Shown: positions 60,801 to 64,000 of the stretch, one piece after another
Layout of the letters: every line of letters begins with the position of its first letter
Numbering within the stretch: the stretch's first letter is position 1
Assembly: GCA_963664705.1 (NCBI GenBank)
Contig: OY761556.1
Location: 5,216,001-5,280,000, forward strand
DNA from: Acidobacteriota bacterium
GTDB lineage: Bacteria; Acidobacteriota; UBA6911
Length of the DNA: 64,000 nt
Direction: 5' to 3'
Notes under the pieces: model-generated
The model's database searches: none
What the model saw: only the letters and a program-made list of their open reading frames with translations
What the model was told of the DNA's origin: nothing
Translations under genes and position numbers: made by a program

Positions 60801-62177
60801 TTATGGCTTTACGGCAATGCGATCCCGGTATTCCCTGGCCTTTTGCAGAATCTGGGTTTCGTTCATTGTCAGAACCTTACCGTCCAGCATCACAACTTTT
60901 CCATTGATAATGGTTGTCTGCACATCGGAGCCCTTGGCGGAATAGACAATTTGGGAATAGACGTTGTACAGGGGCTGCAGATGCGCCCGTCCGGTTTCCA
61001 CGAGGATAAGATCGGCCTTCTTTCCTGTTTCCAGGGATCCGATATCCTTGGCAAGCTGTAGCGCTTTGGCTCCGCCGATTGTCGCCATCTCCAAAACCTG
61101 GAGAGCGGGTACGACAGTGGGGTCCATGGATGAGAGCTTATGCAGTTTTGCGGCAAAGTCCATTGCTTCGAACATGTCCAGATTATTGTTGCTCGCTGCG
61201 CCATCCGTTCCAAGCCCTACCGGAATGCCGGCCGCCAGCATCTGTGGTATGGGTGCGGTGCCGGAAGAGAGCTTCATATTGCTTTCCGGATTGTGCGACA
61301 CGCTCACGCCATGCTTTTGGATAATGCCGAGGTCTTCCTGGCTGAGCCAGACGCCATGGGCGAACAGTACGTTGGGAGCAAGAACGCCGAGGCTTTCCAG
61401 CCACCGTGTCGCGCTCACGCCGTACTTGTCGTGCATTTGCTTTTCTTCGTCCTTTGTTTCCGAGACATGGATGATCAGGGGGACCGAATACTGGTCCGCC
61501 AGCCGTTTGCATTCCTTCAGGGACTCAGCCGTATTGGTATAGGGTGCATGGGGGGCAATGGCTGGAATGATCAGGGGATTAAACTTCCATTGCTCGATAA
61601 AGCGTTTGGCATAAGCCAGAGCCTCGGCGGTTGTCTTATTGTCCGGTGCGGGAAACTGGAGCACGGTTTCCCCGAGGACACCGCGCATTCCTGCGCTCGC
61701 CGTTACTTCCGCAATCTGATCCTCGAAATAATACATATCCGCATAGGTGGTGGTCCCGGACCGAATCATTTCGAGGCATGCCAGTGCCGTACCCCATCGC
61801 ACAAATTCCCGATTCACATTCTTCGCTTCCAGCGGAAAAATGTTTTTTTCAAGCCAGACATCCAGCTTAAGGTCATCCGCGATTCCGCGGAAAAGCGTCA
61901 TGGGCGCATGATTGTGTGTGTTGATGAGCCCCGGAAGAACCACTTTCCCTTTGGCGGAAAGGATGGTTCGCGCTTCATATCGCTTGGATATCTCGACGGC
62001 CGGTCCGATATCAAGAATGCGCTCCCCGCGAACGGCAATCGAACCGTTGTCGATGATGCGCCGGGCCGGATCCATGGTAACGATCATGCCGCCGCTGATA
62101 AGCAGATCGATTTTTTCTTTGGCGCTCAACCCGGAAACGGCGGAGAAAAGCAGAACAAATGTGAGTATATGTTTCAT
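60801..62177 (-). CDS. MtaD/SsnA-family amidohydrolase (nucleoside deaminase-like) with signal peptide
   Basis: MKHILTFVLLFSAVSGLSA signal, THNH, PHAPY, IHVSET, SNMKL.SG, GTDG.ASNN. Confidence 0.88.
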   Translation of the reverse strand: MKHILTFVLLFSAVSGLSAKEKIDLLISGGMIVTMDPARRIIDNGSIAVRGERILDIGPAVEISKRYEARTILSAKGKVVLPGLINTHNHAPMTLFRGIADDLKLDVWLEKNIFPLEAKNVNREFVRWGTALACLEMIRSGTTTYADMYYFEDQIAEVTASAGMRGVLGETVLQFPAPDNKTTAEALAYAKRFIEQWKFNPLIIPAIAPHAPYTNTAESLKECKRLADQYSVPLIIHVSETKDEEKQMHDKYGVSATRWLESLGVLAPNVLFAHGVWLSQEDLGIIQKHGVSVSHNPESNMKLSSGTAPIPQMLAAGIPVGLGTDGAASNNNLDMFEAMDFAAKLHKLSSMDPTVVPALQVLEMATIGGAKALQLAKDIGSLETGKKADLILVETGRAHLQPLYNVYSQIVYSAKGSDVQTTIINGKVVMLDGKVLTMNETQILQKAREYRDRIAVKP

Positions 62178-62203
62178 GGTTACAGGAGCGGACGACTCCG
62201 CCT

Positions 62204-63052
62204 TTATGAGGTGATGGTTGCCAGACGGGGAATGATTCCCGTAAGAAGCGAGCAGAAGGTGTCTTCCACCTGTTTCGTGGTATCCAGGACTTCCTGGTGC
62301 GTCAGTTTCTGCGGGAGAATTCCGGCCGCCATGTTGGTAATACACGATATTCCCAGCACGCGGATTCCCATGTGATTTGCAACAATAACTTCCGGTACGG
62401 TAGACATTCCCACCGCATCGGCTCCCAAAAGACGGCACATGCGGATTTCGGCCGGCGTTTCGTAACTTGGGCCGAGCAATCCGATGTAGACGCCCTGGCG
62501 AAGCTGGATCGCCTTTTCGCCGGCAAATTCCAGGGTCATTTCCCGCATTTGCGGATCATAGGCATGGCTCATGTCGGGAAATCGCGGACCCAATTCATCG
62601 ATGTTCTTTCCAACCAGGGGATTGGTTCCCGTCATGTTGATGTGGTCGGTAATCACCATCAGGTCGCCGGGCTTAAAGCCGGTATTGATCCCACCCGCCG
62701 CGTTCGTGACGATGAGCTGACGGATCCCGAGAGAGCCGAGCACCCTGGCCGGATATACAACATCCGCAACAGGATACCCCTCATACAGATGCACTCGCCC
62801 CTGCAACGCGATCACGGGCACACCGGCCACGGTTCCAATAACCAGGCTGCCGGAATGACCGACCACTGTAGAAGACGGAAAATGGGGAATGGCGCTGAAG
62901 GGAATAACGGTCTTTTGGGTGATGGATTCCGCAAACAGCCCGAGGCCAGAGCCTAAAACAATGCCAAGGCTCGGCCTGTGCGGGCTTTGACTGCGAACGA
63001 ATTCGACCGTCTCTTTTAGTTTTTGATACACGGCCAACCGTGCGTTCATCAA
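62204..63052 (-). CDS. punA: Purine-nucleoside phosphorylase (trimeric PNP family)
   Basis: LGSGLG, GRVHLYEG, TNAAGG, GPSYETPAE, GMSTVPE, TNMAAG. Confidence 0.94.
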   Translation of the reverse strand: MMNARLAVYQKLKETVEFVRSQSPHRPSLGIVLGSGLGLFAESITQKTVIPFSAIPHFPSSTVVGHSGSLVIGTVAGVPVIALQGRVHLYEGYPVADVVYPARVLGSLGIRQLIVTNAAGGINTGFKPGDLMVITDHINMTGTNPLVGKNIDELGPRFPDMSHAYDPQMREMTLEFAGEKAIQLRQGVYIGLLGPSYETPAEIRMCRLLGADAVGMSTVPEVIVANHMGIRVLGISCITNMAAGILPQKLTHQEVLDTTKQVEDTFCSLLTGIIPRLATITS

Positions 63053-63145
63053 AAAAATTGTATCTATCGGACCTAAAGGGGGGTGAACCCGGTCTGAACC
63101 GATAGGAAATACCAGTCAGAAAATCTGGAAAAGCCTGAGGTCCGG

Positions 63146-63343
63146 TTACGGACGAACGCTGCGCATCTTTTTCCGCAGGCGTTTGCGGGCTAAAGCTTGT
63201 TTGATGCGTTTCTTTTCGCCAGGTTTGAGGTAGAACGAGTGTTTCTTGACGTCCTTGATGATATCTTCCTGCTGAACCTTGCGTTTGAAGCGCCGAAGTG
63301 CGCTTTCGAGGGATTCACCTTCGTTTAAAATGACTTCCGCCAA
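63146..63343 (-). CDS. rpsU: 30S ribosomal protein S21
   Basis: GESLESALRRFKRKV..Y.KPG. TTG start after GGAGG. Confidence 0.95.
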   Translation of the reverse strand: MAEVILNEGESLESALRRFKRKVQQEDIIKDVKKHSFYLKPGEKKRIKQALARKRLRKKMRSVRP

Positions 63344-63371
63344 TCCAGAACACCTCCCTTCGTGACGGCAC

Positions 63372-63400
63372 AATGTACTCTTAGCTTGTTCGCCTGTCAA
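63372..63400 (-). promoter_or_regulatory. Putative sigma70 promoter of rpsU
   Basis: TTGACA-N17-TACATT on the minus strand. Confidence 0.6.
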
Positions 63401-63406
63401 GGCTTA

Positions 63407-63514
63407 CTAGCAACAGCCGGTGCTGGGCAATCGGCTGTGAAGATCGGGCTTTTGCGCGGAATTACAAATGCAAAGCCCAATTTTTGCTGTGAGTCACTGC
63501 CGACTGCCGGCTAG
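63407..63514. repeat. Inverted heptamer-like array enclosing a hairpin, after the gyrA stop
   Basis: ggcaatcggctgtga vs tcactgccgactgcc (2 mismatches), with an inner gggcttt/aaagccc stem. Confidence 0.55.
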
Positions 63515-64000
63515 TTACTGCCCGCCGCTTTCCTCGCCGGCGACGACAGTGACGCTGGCAACATAGTCCCCTTCTTCAATATCAATGCACTTGACCCCCA
63601 CCGCCGCTCGGGTCTGAGTATTGCGAATGTCGTCCGTATAGAGCTGAATAAGCTTGCCTTGCGCCGTGATCAGCATGACGGAGGATTCATCCTGCACATG
63701 GCAGGTATTGACGACGGTGCCGTTTTTCGATCCGACTTTGATGTTGATCACGCCGGACCCGCCGCGTCCCTGGCACGGATATTCTTCCACGTCGGTTCGT
63801 TTCCCGAATCCCTTTTCGGTCACGGTAAGAAACTGCCCGGGTCCTTTGAAGGCAGCCATGGCGACAACTTTATCGTCTCCCGACATGCGCACGCCAATGA
63901 CTCCACGGGCAGTTCGCCCCATCTGGCGCACATCCTTCTCGGAAAACCGGATGGCTTTTCCCATGCGTGTGGCCAGAAGGACATCAAACGAACCATCGGT
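63515..64000 (-). CDS. gyrA: DNA gyrase subunit A, C-terminal pinwheel (5' part outside window)
   Basis: G.AIRF...VR.MGR.ARGV.G, TEKGFGKRT, QGRGG.GV blades. Confidence 0.9.
   Translation of the reverse strand, partial: TDGSFDVLLATRMGKAIRFSEKDVRQMGRTARGVIGVRMSGDDKVVAMAAFKGPGQFLTVTEKGFGKRTDVEEYPCQGRGGSGVINIKVGSKNGTVVNTCHVQDESSVMLITAQGKLIQLYTDDIRNTQTRAAVGVKCIDIEEGDYVASVTVVAGEESGGQ

Noticed and set aside
16332-62375. Long antisense ORFs (16332-17534, 18103-19062, 37450-38532, 45336-46388, 46771-47901, 56627-57727, 61140-62375)
   Set aside because: They are shadow frames of well-supported genes on the opposite strand and lack motifs

Overview
A 64-kb chromosomal window of mostly housekeeping genes, most likely from an Acidobacteriota genome (inferred from the GWxTD-type protein, the acidobacterial Hfq-like protein and the DUF4097/LiaF-type envelope operon). 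It holds two GT2 glycosyltransferases, rfbA-rfbB-rfbD, smpB, pepA, pdxA, holB-tmk, yggS-yggU, a PP2C phosphatase, hutU and hutH, purB/purE/purD/purM, rlmN, mtaB, acpS, galU, serS, rnc, thiL, lon, nrdR, two ECF sigma modules, aspS, ispG, a purine salvage cluster (hpt, deoB, deaminase, PNP), rpsU and the 3' end of gyrA. I saw no rRNA, tRNA, CRISPR array or intact transposase. The most unusual signals are non-coding. (1) A ~500-nt, densely base-paired minus-strand region (about 19020-19530) behind a perfect extended -10 promoter matches no RNA family I recognise. It lies directly upstream of a dihydropyrimidinase homologue that has lost two canonical metal ligands. (2) A decayed GxxExxY mini-cassette inside perfect 29-bp inverted repeats is bracketed by an 81-bp duplication of the hutU 3' end. 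(3) A ~240-bp tandem triplication copies the 3' ends of purM and rnc. (4) Several intergenic arrays with 7-nt periodicity, mostly as inverted pairs, and a REP-like palindrome family recur across the window. All family assignments come from motif recognition by eye; no searches were run.
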